Source of the DNA: Ascidiella aspersa
Lineage: Eukaryota
Assembly (NCBI GenBank): GCA_963924565.1
Contig: OZ004611.1
Location: 29,760,001-29,824,000, forward strand
Direction of reading: 5' to 3'
DNA: 64,000 nt
The translations under genes were made by a program, and so were the position numbers. Of the stretch, positions 1 through 11,349 are shown piece by piece (position 1 is the stretch's first letter; every line of letters starts with the position of its first letter). A model generated the notes under the pieces. It was given only the letters and a program-made list of their open reading frames with translations, did not search any database and had not been told where the DNA came from.

Positions 1-539
1 TCATTTTTTTTGAACACTGAAAGCTTCTATTGGTTTTAAATACTTGAGGATAATCTAACAACTGTTGAAAAATATAATTTTATTCAAATGAACAAAAAAC
101 ATATATATTTCAATAAAAATGTAATACTAGACTTTGAATTTGGTATGAATTTTGGTTATTGTTTCTTTTTTTGTAATCTTTTCCATGTTGAAACCTTTTT
201 CTTCGTTACAATATAAGGTGTAGATTTTTCATCCCATTAAGGGTTTTTGCCTAAATATTTTGTTCCTTTATGTTAGATGTTTGGGTTTCATCATCAGATG
301 CATCAGTAGTTTTCTCAATGTCCTTAAAAAGTAACTAGATTGGGAAAGTGTTTTCTACCATAGCAATACAGTTTTATTACCAGTGCTTCAGAATTACGAA
401 TGGTTAAAAAATATCCTTCTATATTTTGTAAACTTGATTTAAAAAGGGAGGGAATTCCGGATGATTTTGCTGCAATTCCTTTAGTATCTACTAGTTTTCC
501 ATTTTGTTTCAGACTGATTTTTTACAAGTGTTTAAGTTA

Positions 540-2060
540 AAAAGTTATGGCCAGATTAATTATGTGGCCCGCCGATGGTAGGGCTTGCAGGAGGAACAGG
601 CTGGCGCAGATTGGGCTCGGGGGTATGGTATTGTGTAATTAGATAAATATTTTGGAAGTGTGCCTAGAGTGAGTGAGTGGAAGGAGGTGGGGGTGGCGAA
701 AAGAGTAGGAGGGCCTACACAAGGTGTGGGTATTTAAAAACAATGTAAGTAAAAAAATAGTTAAAATTCTGTGAGTATAAAAGGGTAAAGTGTTGTGCAA
801 TACGCCGGCCTGCTGGACCCCATGGGTGCGAAGAGGTGAAGTGTTGACCGCGCGGCGTCCGCGCCCTTTTGCCGTTGACGATGATTCGGCTGGTGTGGCG
901 GACGGAACTGACGATAAACGAACGTTGAACGCAAGTATTTGGTAAGTTGGCCCCGGCTGCCGCGCGGTTAGAGAGTTGAGAGCACCTCGGCGAAACGGTC
1001 AGGAGTGGGTTTTGATTGGAGGAGGAGGCCAGCTTTAACATTGGAGTGCGAGGAGGGGTTGGCGGCGGGGCGTGGATAGAGCTGGGGTCAGAGCTGGGGT
1101 CAAAGGGCTGAAGTTTTCCAAAGTGATGAAGTGAGTGGGCTAGGTTGTTGGCTGATTGACGAACGTACTGTTGAGCTGAGTTATTTGCGGTTTGTGTGGT
1201 GCCAGTCTGCGCTTGCAAAGGATAGTTTAAGGTTTGGTAACAATCATCCCCCTGTACCAAGATTGCCACATTAGTACGTGGTGGCTGCACCCTTGATAGC
1301 CAGAGCATGCGACGGCCCGTGATGCCCACAAGGCGCTGAGGTTTCCACACAACTCCCTGTACTTTTGGTGCTTACGGGCCGCAGCAGCGGTAAGGGCATG
1401 TTGGCCGTTTTCGAAAGGGCACGCAAAGTCCACGACTAAAAGAACCTGTCGGCGCTCTCGACCATCAAGTCTGGCCGGAGGTTCTCACCCGTGGCATCGG
1501 CGTGCTCCCGGCAAACTCGGTCACAAAGAAACCTTGGTGACCTGAAGGTACGTGGCGCAACACTTCCCCCCTGTATGGCGTCGTGCCGAGATAGGATTCG
1601 GGGCATGACGGGATCGCAGTGGTTGAGTACGTGGGGAAGTGTCTCGGCCAAACTGCCGCATCTGCAGCACCTAACGTCTCTGACTGTCCCCCGTGAAATC
1701 GTTCCCGAACCTTCTTTGAGGCGTGCTTTCATCGCGAAAATGCGCTCTGGAATAGTCAGAGCCCCGGGGTTCTTCAACCAGTGGTTCGAATAACCGTATT
1801 GGGTGTGTGAGCCCCTACCGTCTTCCCCTGATCAAGATCGTGGAGTCCTGGTAAAACACTGCCCGGTTGCCGGGGTATAAACGTCTTGCCGCCAGACGTT
1901 GCACAAAACTGCCCATCAGCGCTCGGGGGACAACTCGCCAACAAGTCTGTTGCGAGGAACTTGGCCAGCTGAAGGGGCTCACTCTTTGCCTTCCCAATCG
2001 AAGTTGCAAAGTAAACTCGTGGATGAGGCTCATATACCTACCACCAACGTTTCGGTCTCT
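540..2060 (-). mobile_element. RLE-type non-LTR retrotransposon (Utopia/NeSL-like), degraded 3' part plus 3' UTR, copy 1
   Basis: Frameshifted minus-strand peptides RIFAMKARL, CRCCRCGSLAETLPHVLNHC (CCHC), RHDAIQ, LRPDL, DFACPFENG...KHQKY (restriction-like endonuclease). The 3' UTR is homologous to 2350-3230 and 19680-20870. Boundaries approximate. Confidence 0.8.
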
Positions 2061-2194
2061 GAAGAGGCCCCTCCCTACTCGAAGTCCCGTACTAGCAACA
2101 AAATTTGTCATTTTTGGCCGGTCGGTCACCATTTTTGCTTTAAATTTTCGCTCCAATTTAATTGGATAAAGAGGAATTGCCACGGTGTGGGAAT

Positions 2195-2347
2195 GTGGGC
2201 CGTGCGGAGAGAGGTACTGCAAATACCAGGACAACCCGTGAGCAGGGCGAAGCAAGCTTCGGCACCGTGCTCCCTGTCCAAAAATCAAGTTAATACAAAG
2301 AGCAAGCGAATCGCTTGCGTCCCAGGTATTAAACTGAGAAGAACAAA
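2195..2347 (-). ncRNA. U2: U2 snRNA gene fragment (nt ~39 to 3' end; 5' end missing)
   Basis: Reverse complement reads TTTGTTCTTCTCAGTTTAATACCTG...GATTTTTGG (Sm site)...GAAGCTTGCTTC (SL III)...CCTGGTATTTGCAGTACC (SL IV loop), matching metazoan U2 from nt 39. Confidence 0.9.
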
Positions 2348-4140
2348 CTTTTTGACTGTACACCGGGTATGCGACGAACTCACTGCAAAAAAACGAAGCG
2401 CGTGACATGGCTTGGGGTTTTGAGTAAGGGCGCTTAGGGGGCCCACGGCCGTGTAAACACTGCAAATGAAAACGGTTAAACGGGATGAAATTAAATACTG
2501 TAGGTTATTTAAATGGGAAAATGAAAGTATGGGGGGCCATGCCGATGTTCAAATACAAGGGATTTTGCGCAGACTGGCTCGACGAATATGTGGCAAAAGT
2601 GGGGGAAGGGGTGAGTGAATTTAACTTACTGACAGGACAGCAAAATGTTAAAAGATAAAAAATTAAGTGCGTTTTTATAAAAAGTTTAAAAATTTTCAGG
2701 TGCAATATATTTAAAAGGGTTAAAAAATACAAACATCGCATCAAAAAAATAATTATAATGGTGCGCGTGGGGTGGGTAAAAAAAAACTGCCACGGGTTTA
2801 ATCCATGGTACCCCGACTGTGGCGAATAGTCCGGCCAGCCGGCCTCCCAATGGTGCAGCTGATTGGGATCTTGTGGAACCCGGCGGGGCCGCCGTGCCAA
2901 GTCGGCCCCATTGGGTAGGTTTAATTTGTATTCCGCCCCTGTCGCCGTTGCACTTGAACTAGTTGATAGTGTTGTTGTTGTCGGGGCGGAGATGTTGAAG
3001 TCAGAGGAGGAGGAGTTGATGCTCTCGGTCCCCGTAGAAAGGTGGAGGAGGCCGGTGAAGGGATGAACGATAAGTATGGGTGAGAGAGAGTAGCTAATGA
3101 AGAGCTGGTTGAACCTAACGTATGATGAAACAGATGGGGATGGGCTGATATTGTTGCCCCGCCGCCATGTTATGATTGTTTGGGTGTGGTGCCAGTTTGC
3201 GCTTAGTTAACGAGGTTAGGGTTTTGGGATGGACTCCAGCCATAAGACCGAGATAAGAACAACACCAACGTCAGAATAAAACACAATTCGGAATAAGTCA
3301 TAAGGTCAGAATCAGGCCTAAACAACACTTTAACTAACCCCAAACCCCACCCCTAAGTACATCACTAACCCATTTTCTAACCCCCCCCCCATTACCCACC
3401 ACCAACCCCAAACAGGACCAAAAATCCGTTGCCAAAACAGCGACGCCCTGACGGCGCCGGTCAGACAATGGCGTCCAAACTTTGGCACCAAAACGTCCGA
3501 TGCCAACCTATGGCCCCCGATCGTCCCATACCCTTTACCCACGGGTTCTGGCGTTATTATGGCCATTTAGGTCTTCTTCCGATGAATTTAGGACTAATTC
3601 CGACGACTTTAGGCTTTATTCCGACGAATTTAGGCTTTATTCCGATGAATTTAGTAGGCCTTATTCTGATGAATTTAGACCTTATTCTGCAGATTTAGGT
3701 CTTATTCAGACGATTTTGATCTTATGCTGTACGGGATATTACTGCGTATTTGACTGTATTACGCGTTGTTGGTCTAAATACTATGGTTTTATTATTCTGC
3801 TTTAGGTATTTTTGCTTTTTAGGTCTTTTTGTGTGTTCTCTTTGGGATAATCCCCCTGCACCAAGATATTTGCCCTGCCTGCCGCAACAGGACGACGACC
3901 CGTAATGCCCAGGGAGGAGGGCGCTAAAGGTCGAATTGTGTGCCGGGCGCGATAATAAAGGTGTTGTTGACCCCCTGCTTCTTTGATGCACGGGCCAAAC
4001 TTCCACACAGCTTCCTGTACTTGTCGTGTTTACAAGAGTCGCCGCCGCGGCCAGAGAAATTGGCCGTTGGTCCACAGAACCTGTCGGCGCTCTCAAGGAT
4101 TAAGGTTCTCGTCCCCTGTATCTGCTGCAGTGTAAACGCC
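2348..4140 (-). mobile_element. Utopia-like RLE retrotransposon 3' part, copy 2; 3' end abuts U2 nt 39
   Basis: LILESADRF, KHDKYRKLC and TFII remnants at 3850-4140. The 3' UTR runs to ...CCGGTGTACAGTCAAAAAG then directly into U2. Confidence 0.75.
3231..3840. mobile_element. Non-autonomous DNA-type repeat (GGACTCCAGCCATAAG end) with internal 21-bp tandem repeats
   Basis: Flanked by TTTGGGAT direct repeats (3223-3230, 3841-3848). About 7 copies of TTTAGGNNTTATTCCGAYGAA at 3567-3720. Related copies at 30203-30580 and, inverted, at ~50180-50660. Confidence 0.65.
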
Positions 4141-6159
4141 TCGTCGCAAGCGCCTAAGCTCGCGCCGCGTCGCTCGCTTGTAGTGTGTAAACCGGCCTTA
4201 ACTTCTATCGCTAATTGTCCATTTTTGTATTTATTTCGCGTATTTAAACAACTCCTTTTCGAAGATCAACAGTTTGGATTTTAGGAGTGTAGCCTACTGA
4301 CCTGTAATACAAAAATGCCTAAGCAAGCTTATCTTATCGCCAAAAGAAGTCATAAAAAATAATTTTTTTTTTTTGGTACTTCGCGTCGTCCACTCTTAAT
4401 GTTAATCCAGATATACATGTTTTAATTGTTGATGATGACACGACACACGAGGAGGAATTGTCAAACTTAATCCAATTACAATCATTGGGTTTGGCTGAGT
4501 AGTGAAGTATGTTTTTCGTGACTGCATTACTGCACCTGTGCCCTTTCATTTGAACCGTGGCAATGTCAAGCCTAGAAGTTTAACATAATTAAATTTTTTT
4601 TTTTTTTACTTGGTAAACGAAGTTAGAAAAGGACTAGTAGTGTTCAGTTGTTTGCCAACCATTTGTTGAAAACAATAAAAGTGTTTCTTTAGCGACCTGA
4701 CCGAATATTGGCCAAACATATATTTTTCGGTGACATTTTAAAGTTGAGAAAATGTGTCGACTTTGGCCCATTTGGAACCTGTTTTTGCGGCAAGTTCAAT
4801 GAAACAGATAAGCATTTATATATAGCAACTTTACTCTTTAATGCAGCTTATAGATTAGTTAGCGGCTTGAATAACCGCGTTACGTTATCGTTGAGTTACA
4901 CCTCTTATTTGCAAAAATAGTTTTTCAAATCAGCAACGAGTTTATGGTTGAAATCTCTAGTAAAAGCTAGCAAAAATAGACTCCAAACAAATGCGGTAAA
5001 CATGAAGATTTTTACTAAATCGAAAATTTTAACAGACCCACACTAATCATAAATATTATTCGTCGTTCTTGCGGATTGACTCACAAACTACTGAGCTGTG
5101 AAACAGAAAAAAATGCACATTAGAACTAACTACTAGTCTTTAATGGTTTGTGCAAAACACCCAAAGTGTTCGCTTGCACAATTCGTCCATTTGGTATTTA
5201 AAAATACTGCACTCACTTCATTGTTTTTAGTAAAAGGCAGCAAACATTCGTGACGTCAGCGTAAAATTACAAACGGGCCAATGAGAAAATGGCATTGTCT
5301 TCTCTATAAAATCTTTTCGCAGGTCTTTTTTTTTGCTTTGCCGTTTATAAATTATCAAGCTACATTGTAACAACATGTTGAAGACAAAAGTCGGCCGCAA
5401 GTTTTAAGCTCAAGATTTGTTTCGCTATTATTTTTTTTTAGAAGCCGGAACTGCAAAAAACTCAGCTACGAAGAGAAATGCTTGGAAACCATCGGAGTCC
5501 GTTTATATGTTTTAAACCTTTTCGGTTTTGTTCAGCAAGAGTTGCTTGTTTCTGGTTTTCTTGGAATGGCCTTGTTAAACTAACTGCCGCTACCCCAAAG
5601 TTTGGTTTGAAATTGTCATATTGAATGAATGACAAAGGTCATTTAGAAAACAAATCTGTGTTTTTTGCTGTATTCACATTGTTACTATATGGCCTTTTAC
5701 ATACAGCACAAGTCATGTCACGTTTTATTTTCTTAAATTACACACAATAATAACAGGCTACTGCTGCTAGCCACAACAACACTTGACCAAATTGCCAAAC
5801 ATATCTTTGCCGGCGACATTTGTCAATTTTGGCAAGGGTGCGAGCCCCGTTCGAACCTGTAGGTTCCTTTGGCATAACTCTTCGTCAACAAAAGCTGAAA
5901 AACAAAGAAAGTCACATCACTTTTAGGGTTAGATATATTTTTTAAATTTTGTTAAAGCTTGCAAAACACAATTTCCAATGTATAAACTTACACCATACTC
6001 AGCTTATAGTAAGGTTTAGAGGTATCTGGTTAAAGTATAGTTAAAGCTTGAAAAACAATTTACTAATTTTTCTAATTAATAAAAAACTCTCCAGATAAGA
6101 AATTTTTATTTCTGAGGGCTCGTGGGTGGGGTGGGGTTAGCAATTTGCTAACTGGATCT

Positions 6160-6490
6160 TTGGTTTTAAGCTTATCTTTTTTCCCAAATTGCATTTGATA
6201 GTTTGCCAGAAGTTCCGGAAAGGAAAAATCTTCAACGGCCGCCACCTTTGTTGCAATCTTCTTCCATTAACATTTTGGCTTCGTCGGGAATTTCGGTTTC
6301 TTCGACGCCTTTAGGTAGGTAACAGGACTCCGACCCAGCATGGTGAACAGCCCATGACGGTGTGGGCAGTTCGAATTGCCCCTCTCGGTTTGCCATATGT
6401 CTATTTTTTGTTGTCGTGAAGGCCCCTGAAGCCGTCGTCTTGCTTTTGCCTAAGTTTTCTGAAAAGGAGTTATCCAACGGATTAGGTAAC
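6160..6490 (-). pseudogene. Endogenous ssDNA-virus Rep fragment B (heavily deleted)
   Basis: Remnants NCPHRHGLFTM, EETEIPDEAK, DFSFPELLA, QFGKKDKLK and upstream PNPLD, homologous to the other copies. Confidence 0.75.
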
Positions 6491-6620
6491 TACATGAATT
6501 GACGACTCCATCTTTTCGTTGCTTGTTGCCAAACATGGCGCACAGTGAAATAACTGCAAAAACAAAACGACTTTCTGCGACGACAGCACATGGATTTTAT
6601 ACGATCGTAAATTTCTTTGA

Positions 6621-6881
6621 ACTGGTACCAGTCACAGCTCATTTGCATATTTATAATTTGTTTTTTTCATTCAAAGACACTATGGCACTGTAGTGCCATA
6701 GTACCGTCATCTCATTATCATATTAATTATTTTTTTTATTTTTATTAGTTCGGAGGGTCAAGCGAACTCCTCAATAGCCCCTCTGGTACTGGTACTGACA
6801 CTTTTATTAGTGTTCCTTTTTGTAGCACTAGAATTTTTAGTACCACTTTTATTACTAACCCAAAGTGTCAGTACCAGTACC
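6621..6881. promoter_or_regulatory. Hairpin/octamer region downstream of Rep A (candidate viral origin/intergenic region)
   Basis: CTCATTTGCATATT 6638-6651; perfect hairpin 6679-6702; CTCATTATCATATT 6711-6724; 20-bp inverted repeat 6785-6804/6862-6881. Homologous to 25233-25390. Confidence 0.55.
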
Positions 6882-6911
6882 CGCAATAAAACAACATACA
6901 CAATTACAATA

Positions 6912-8615
6912 TTATTCGGCCATTGCTTCTTCTAGTAAGTTGACAAACTGGAAGTCTTCCCTTGTGAGACTATGTTCTTCTTCTTGTTGGCACATACACT
7001 GAGCGTTTCGACCATTATGCTCGCATTTGCGCCCATCTACAATTACAATTTTATACCGGATTCGGCCATTGCCTCCAACAAATTTACAAATTGGAAGTCT
7101 TCTTCCGTTAGTGTTTTTTCTTCTTCATCCATTCTTTTTTCTTGTGCACATGTGCATTGTGCGCACATGTGCGTCCATCGTCATAGAGGTCTTCTAGTGA
7201 AGGTTCATCCGCGAAGCCCGTGGCAATCTCTACACGTGATGTCTTCGCGGATGGCTCTTCTACTTCTTCCTGGCTTGAAGGGCATGATCTTTTACTGCCT
7301 CTTGAGCTGCAGCTGCTTTGTGTGCTTTCTGGTTGCTCTTCGTCGCTGTCGTCTTCTGCTATTAAATGTGCGACGTTTCGGACATATTCCGCAATTTGCA
7401 CCAATGATGGCTGGACGGCCATTTCCCTTTATTCCAGCTTGTGCACTATTTCTGTTGTTAGTTGCATTAGTACTTCGTCCGTTAGGTCGCTTGTTATTCG
7501 TTTCTGATTGCCTAATTCCGGTGTCGTGCTGTCGTGGGTCCATTCAGCCGTGACGAATCTGCGCCGCATTGGCGCCATTTCCTCGAGGCCCGCCATTTTA
7601 TAAAGTGGATTTGCCGCGTTGGTGGTGACAAATGCGCATGTCGCCTCGTTGTCCTGGTGGGTCTTTGCACTCCATGCGTTGTGGTGCATGAATTTTACGG
7701 CGGCCAGCAGGGCGTCGTTATTAAAGAACGCGTTCCCGGCGTCATCCACTTTCAATACTTTATGGCGGAACCTCAAAGCCATTTGGCCAAGCCAACGCCT
7801 TGCGAGTCGTTGGTTAGAATTGACGCGTATTCCACGGGGAAGAACCATTTTCCCAGGAACGTCTTCCCTTTTCCTGCGATGCCGTGGAGCATAATGTGGG
7901 GCGTGTATTCTATGCCCCCTGCCTGTACCAGGATTAGTAGCAGCTCATCAGTCGTCAGCTGATCGCCGTTATATTCCACGTTTTTGGCTTGTTTGATTAT
8001 GTTGTAGATTGCCTCTTTCGCTTCATTGGTTTTCCATATTGGCACTTGGTGTTTGGCTAGTTTCTTTAATACTCTTTTCAACTTATTCTTCTTTTTCCCA
8101 AATGTTACCTGATTGTATGCCCGTTTTGCTAGCAGTTCGGGAAATGAGAAGTCGCGTTCGAACAGGGCGCTCTTTGTATAGGTTCATTGAGGGTTTTGTA
8201 TCGAACTCCTTGGCGACCTCTTCGGCTATTTTTTGCCACTGCCCTTTTACTGCGCCTAGGCCCTTCTTCATCCATTCCTTTGCCTCTTCTGGTATGTCGA
8301 CCTCTTCGGCGTGTTTGTATACATAGGCAACCCATGCCGCTTGGTCCTTGACCGCTGCCACGTACGTCAAGGTAAATCCTATTTTTTTCAGCTCTTCCGC
8401 CACTCTTCTTTGTTATGGCCGCCAGCTGATGACCCGCCCCCCGACTCTTCATGGTGAACAGCCCATGATAGTGTGGGCAGTTGCTGTTCCCCTTTTCCAT
8501 GGGGCCGACATAGATCGTGTACCTGTCCGTTTGCGTTATTCCAGGTTTTCCATTCACTGCCGTGAAGGCCCACTTTCGGCCTCTAGTTTTTTCCGGTCTC
8601 TTCCGTCCCATTCAT
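6912..8615 (-). pseudogene. rep: Endogenous ssDNA-virus Rep A (HUH endonuclease + SF3 helicase), near full length, frameshifted
   Basis: RCR motif I WAFT, II PHYHG, III YVYK; Walker A GIAGKGKT, Walker B KVDD, motif C FVTTN, Arg finger MRRRF; acidic C-terminal tail. Assembled from ORFs 8129-8611, 8083-8403, 7773-8081, 7429-7848 and 7108-7422. Confidence 0.9.
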
Positions 8616-8683
8616 TATTATATAGTGTTATCAAGTCTTCTGTCAACCTATTTATCCTTAAAGTTCTCTGTAAAGCAGTACCG
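8083..8683 (-). pseudogene. Overprinted ORF-X (-1 frame) overlapping the Rep nuclease domain
   Basis: TALQRTLRINRLTEDLITLYNNE upstream of the Rep ATG aligns with ORF 22010-22378. After correcting the Rep frameshifts, the -1 frame has no stop until 8083 (WEKEE*). Confidence 0.65.
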
Positions 8684-8709
8684 TTTTTCTAAATTTGTAA
8701 AACTGTACA

Positions 8710-11300
8710 GTCGACCTAAGTGTTCAAATTTATTTTGGTTTGGCTGTTTGTTTAGTTAGTTACACCAAAAATACAGTTGTTTGTCCAATAGTACAATTAT
8801 TTGTGAAAGTGACCAATATAGTTAATTTGATACATGTCGAGAATATTTAGATTCAATACAACCAGGAATTGGAAATTGTCTAAGTCTAATTTTAGATTGC
8901 CAACTGTCTCCTTAGTCTAATTATTGTGGCAACTGTCGAGTCGGTCGATATTAAATTAATAATAATTCTGGGAAACAATGCCTAAATTGACGAACAAAGG
9001 GTTCGCAACGGTCCAATAATCCAACACAGTCAAGGAAGATAAACAAAAATTCCAAATTTGTTAAGTACAAATTCGCTGAAGGTTGGTGGTCACTTGCCAA
9101 CTGTTAAAATAACCGATAAGAAAATTACAGGTAAGTGATGTTCCTAATTGTCCAATAAAAATAGATAGGGTTTAATCAAATGTTATAATTGTGTATTATG
9201 TGAGTTAACAGAGACAAATTCCAAGCAAACTGTTGTTATGGTTTCAACTTGTGTTTGTTAAATAGCGCTATTACCAAGGAAGCAAGAGACAGCCTTCCAG
9301 ATATTTCAAATGTGAAACCTGTCCAAATCAACCAACCAATTAAATATTCCAATAGAGGCGGTATTACCCAGGTCCAATAATTTGAATGACAAAGTTTGAG
9401 TTGTCAGAGACCAGCAGCAATCAATTTTAACAATCAACACCAAGGTTCAACAATCCAAAGACAAACTTATTACGATAATTCAAGTGGGCCAACCAATCTA
9501 TTGGTTTAGGGACTGGATGTTTAAACTGTCCGAATTATTTAGTAAGGTTATTAGCTGTGGAGTACCTATTTTCAAAGTGTGAACGAACCAAATATACTTA
9601 GATCCGAAACTCTAACAGATTAGGATTGTCCAATTTCAGAAATCTATTCCAATTATGGGGCACCTAGATTCAACGATTGGAAGGTCAAAGGCTAAGTTAG
9701 ACCGACAATTTAAATATTCCTAAAGCTGATTATTTCAACTTTTGAGTTTGTTGAGTAGAATTGCGAAATGTGAGAATCACCAATCTTCAATTTATAAATT
9801 ATTACTGTTATCTAGGTCCAATAATCTGTGTGTTAAGGGAATAAAATTGTTCAGGACTAAGACTGTATTGAGTTCCAACAAATGTAACACCAAAGTTCAA
9901 TCCGAAACCAAAAGTTGAAATTGACCAAGTAGATGAGTTGAGTCCAATTAACAATAACTGAATCTTCAGATTGTCAAAGTTAAATTATTAGCAAAGGTAG
10001 ATTGTTTAAAATTAGTCAACTGTTGAATGTTTAAATTGTGAAGTATCGAACGTACTTAGGACCAATAGTCTAAGTGTTAGGCTGAATCCCCACCGGTTAG
10101 ACAAAAACGCTTTAAAGCAGTCTGATCGCGACTAATGAGATGGAACGCTATTTCTTTTGTTGTCGCGTCTCCACCGACCAGACTTGACGCAAATCTTACG
10201 CACAGCAGACAGACACGACTAAACGCGTTTTTAGCGAGATAGCGCGTGCACTACTTTTTTACCGTGTCTGAAGATGCTTTTTGATAGAAACCATTAGTTT
10301 TTTATGGGTTTTTGTAGGTTTTATATCAGGAATGTTATTTTGAAAGGTTAAGCAGGTAATTTATTTTAATTCCAATAAAAATATATTCCTGGAACGGTCA
10401 AAAAGCCTTTTAATTCGTATCTTTATTTTCCATGTATGATTTTACCAGCTTGACTCGTTCAAAAAACAATTTTGAAGACACCCTTGCGTAATTTTGAAAC
10501 TTATCTACATGTTTTAATAAAGTGCGAAAAAGTACATAGAAAGAAACCTCTTTATACCTTTTTTCACAAATGGGGTGTATCCACTACTTGTGCTGTCGTA
10601 TAAACTTCTGGTTACGTTTCCAAATACATATTCCTGCCAAAATTTACATTTTATTTGCCTCCGCTATGATCACAACTGAATTATATCGCCTAGCTTTGAC
10701 CAGTTCAATTTTCGCGCGCTTTGTTGGTGGGGATTGGACAGTCGCTGTCAGGCACGACGCGACAAGTCAACAGTCAGACATGTTTCGTCGCGTCGTGTCT
10801 GAGGTCCGGTGGGGATCCAGCCTTAGAGGTTTAAATTAACCAGGACTAATATCCAATTCGAATTAAAGAAACACCCAATTTACAATCTAAACCCGAACGT
10901 TGAAACTGTCCAAATTGGTTAATTAATAGCAATTATAGGTAAGCTGAATGTTAAGGTAGACTGTTGAATTCTTAAATTGACTGATAGCAATATAGACCAG
11001 ATCCGGATCCAATTATCGACGGTAAAAATTGCCTAATTCTAGAAATTGTATAACGCAAGTTTGATAATATCCAAATACTGTAATTTTATTCTCCAATTGT
11101 TCAATCTGCCAAAATTTCCAATACTCCCAGTACGATCAATAGTTGGAGTTTAATGTAGTGGTCTGAATTCGAAATCGTCAGGAATAAAATTACCGGAAAT
11201 TACGCTTGCTCGAGTCCAATTCTCCTAGTAACCAAGTGATGAAATTAACCGGAAAAACAGTCCAAAAGCCAATTTTAACCAGATCCAGAAATCCCAATAT
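8710..11300 (+). repeat. Degenerate repeat region enriched in strand-specific GTCCAAT/YCCAA motifs
   Basis: GTCCAAT/GACCAAT at e.g. 8783, 8811, 9011, 9150, 9372, 9628, 9816, 9942, 10060 and 11213. Longer diverged repeats lie ~450 bp apart. No ORFs outside the inserted MITE. Confidence 0.5.
10080..10822. mobile_element. PIF/Harbinger-type MITE
   Basis: TIR GGCTGAATCCCCACCGG / CCGGTGGGGATCCAGCC with TTA TSD on both sides. Second copy at 47686. Confidence 0.85.
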
Positions 11301-11349
11301 AACTGCGTTGAACCTCGTTTAAGTGGCGATCTAATGCCACAAAAAACGG

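Noticed and set aside
715-1350. 211-aa ORF (and similar ORFs at 1815-2465, 20551-20943)
   Set aside because: They lie in retrotransposon 3' UTR or U2 sequence, and the frames are not conserved between the three copies.
3567-3720. 21-bp repeats as a CRISPR array
   Set aside because: Head-to-tail units without unique spacers, inside a dispersed repeat, in eukaryotic DNA with no cas genes.
4334-5900. Short ORFs and AKHIF.GD repeat as host exons
   Set aside because: Could not assemble a coherent gene or recognise a domain.
6912-8615. Rep as a Helitron or Replitron transposase
   Set aside because: The helicase is SF3 rather than PIF1/SF1, Replitrons lack a helicase, and a capsid-like gene is linked.
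9350-9830. Minus-strand LLDL peptides as a degenerate LRR gene
   Set aside because: No sustained frame or 24-28 aa periodicity; frequent stops.
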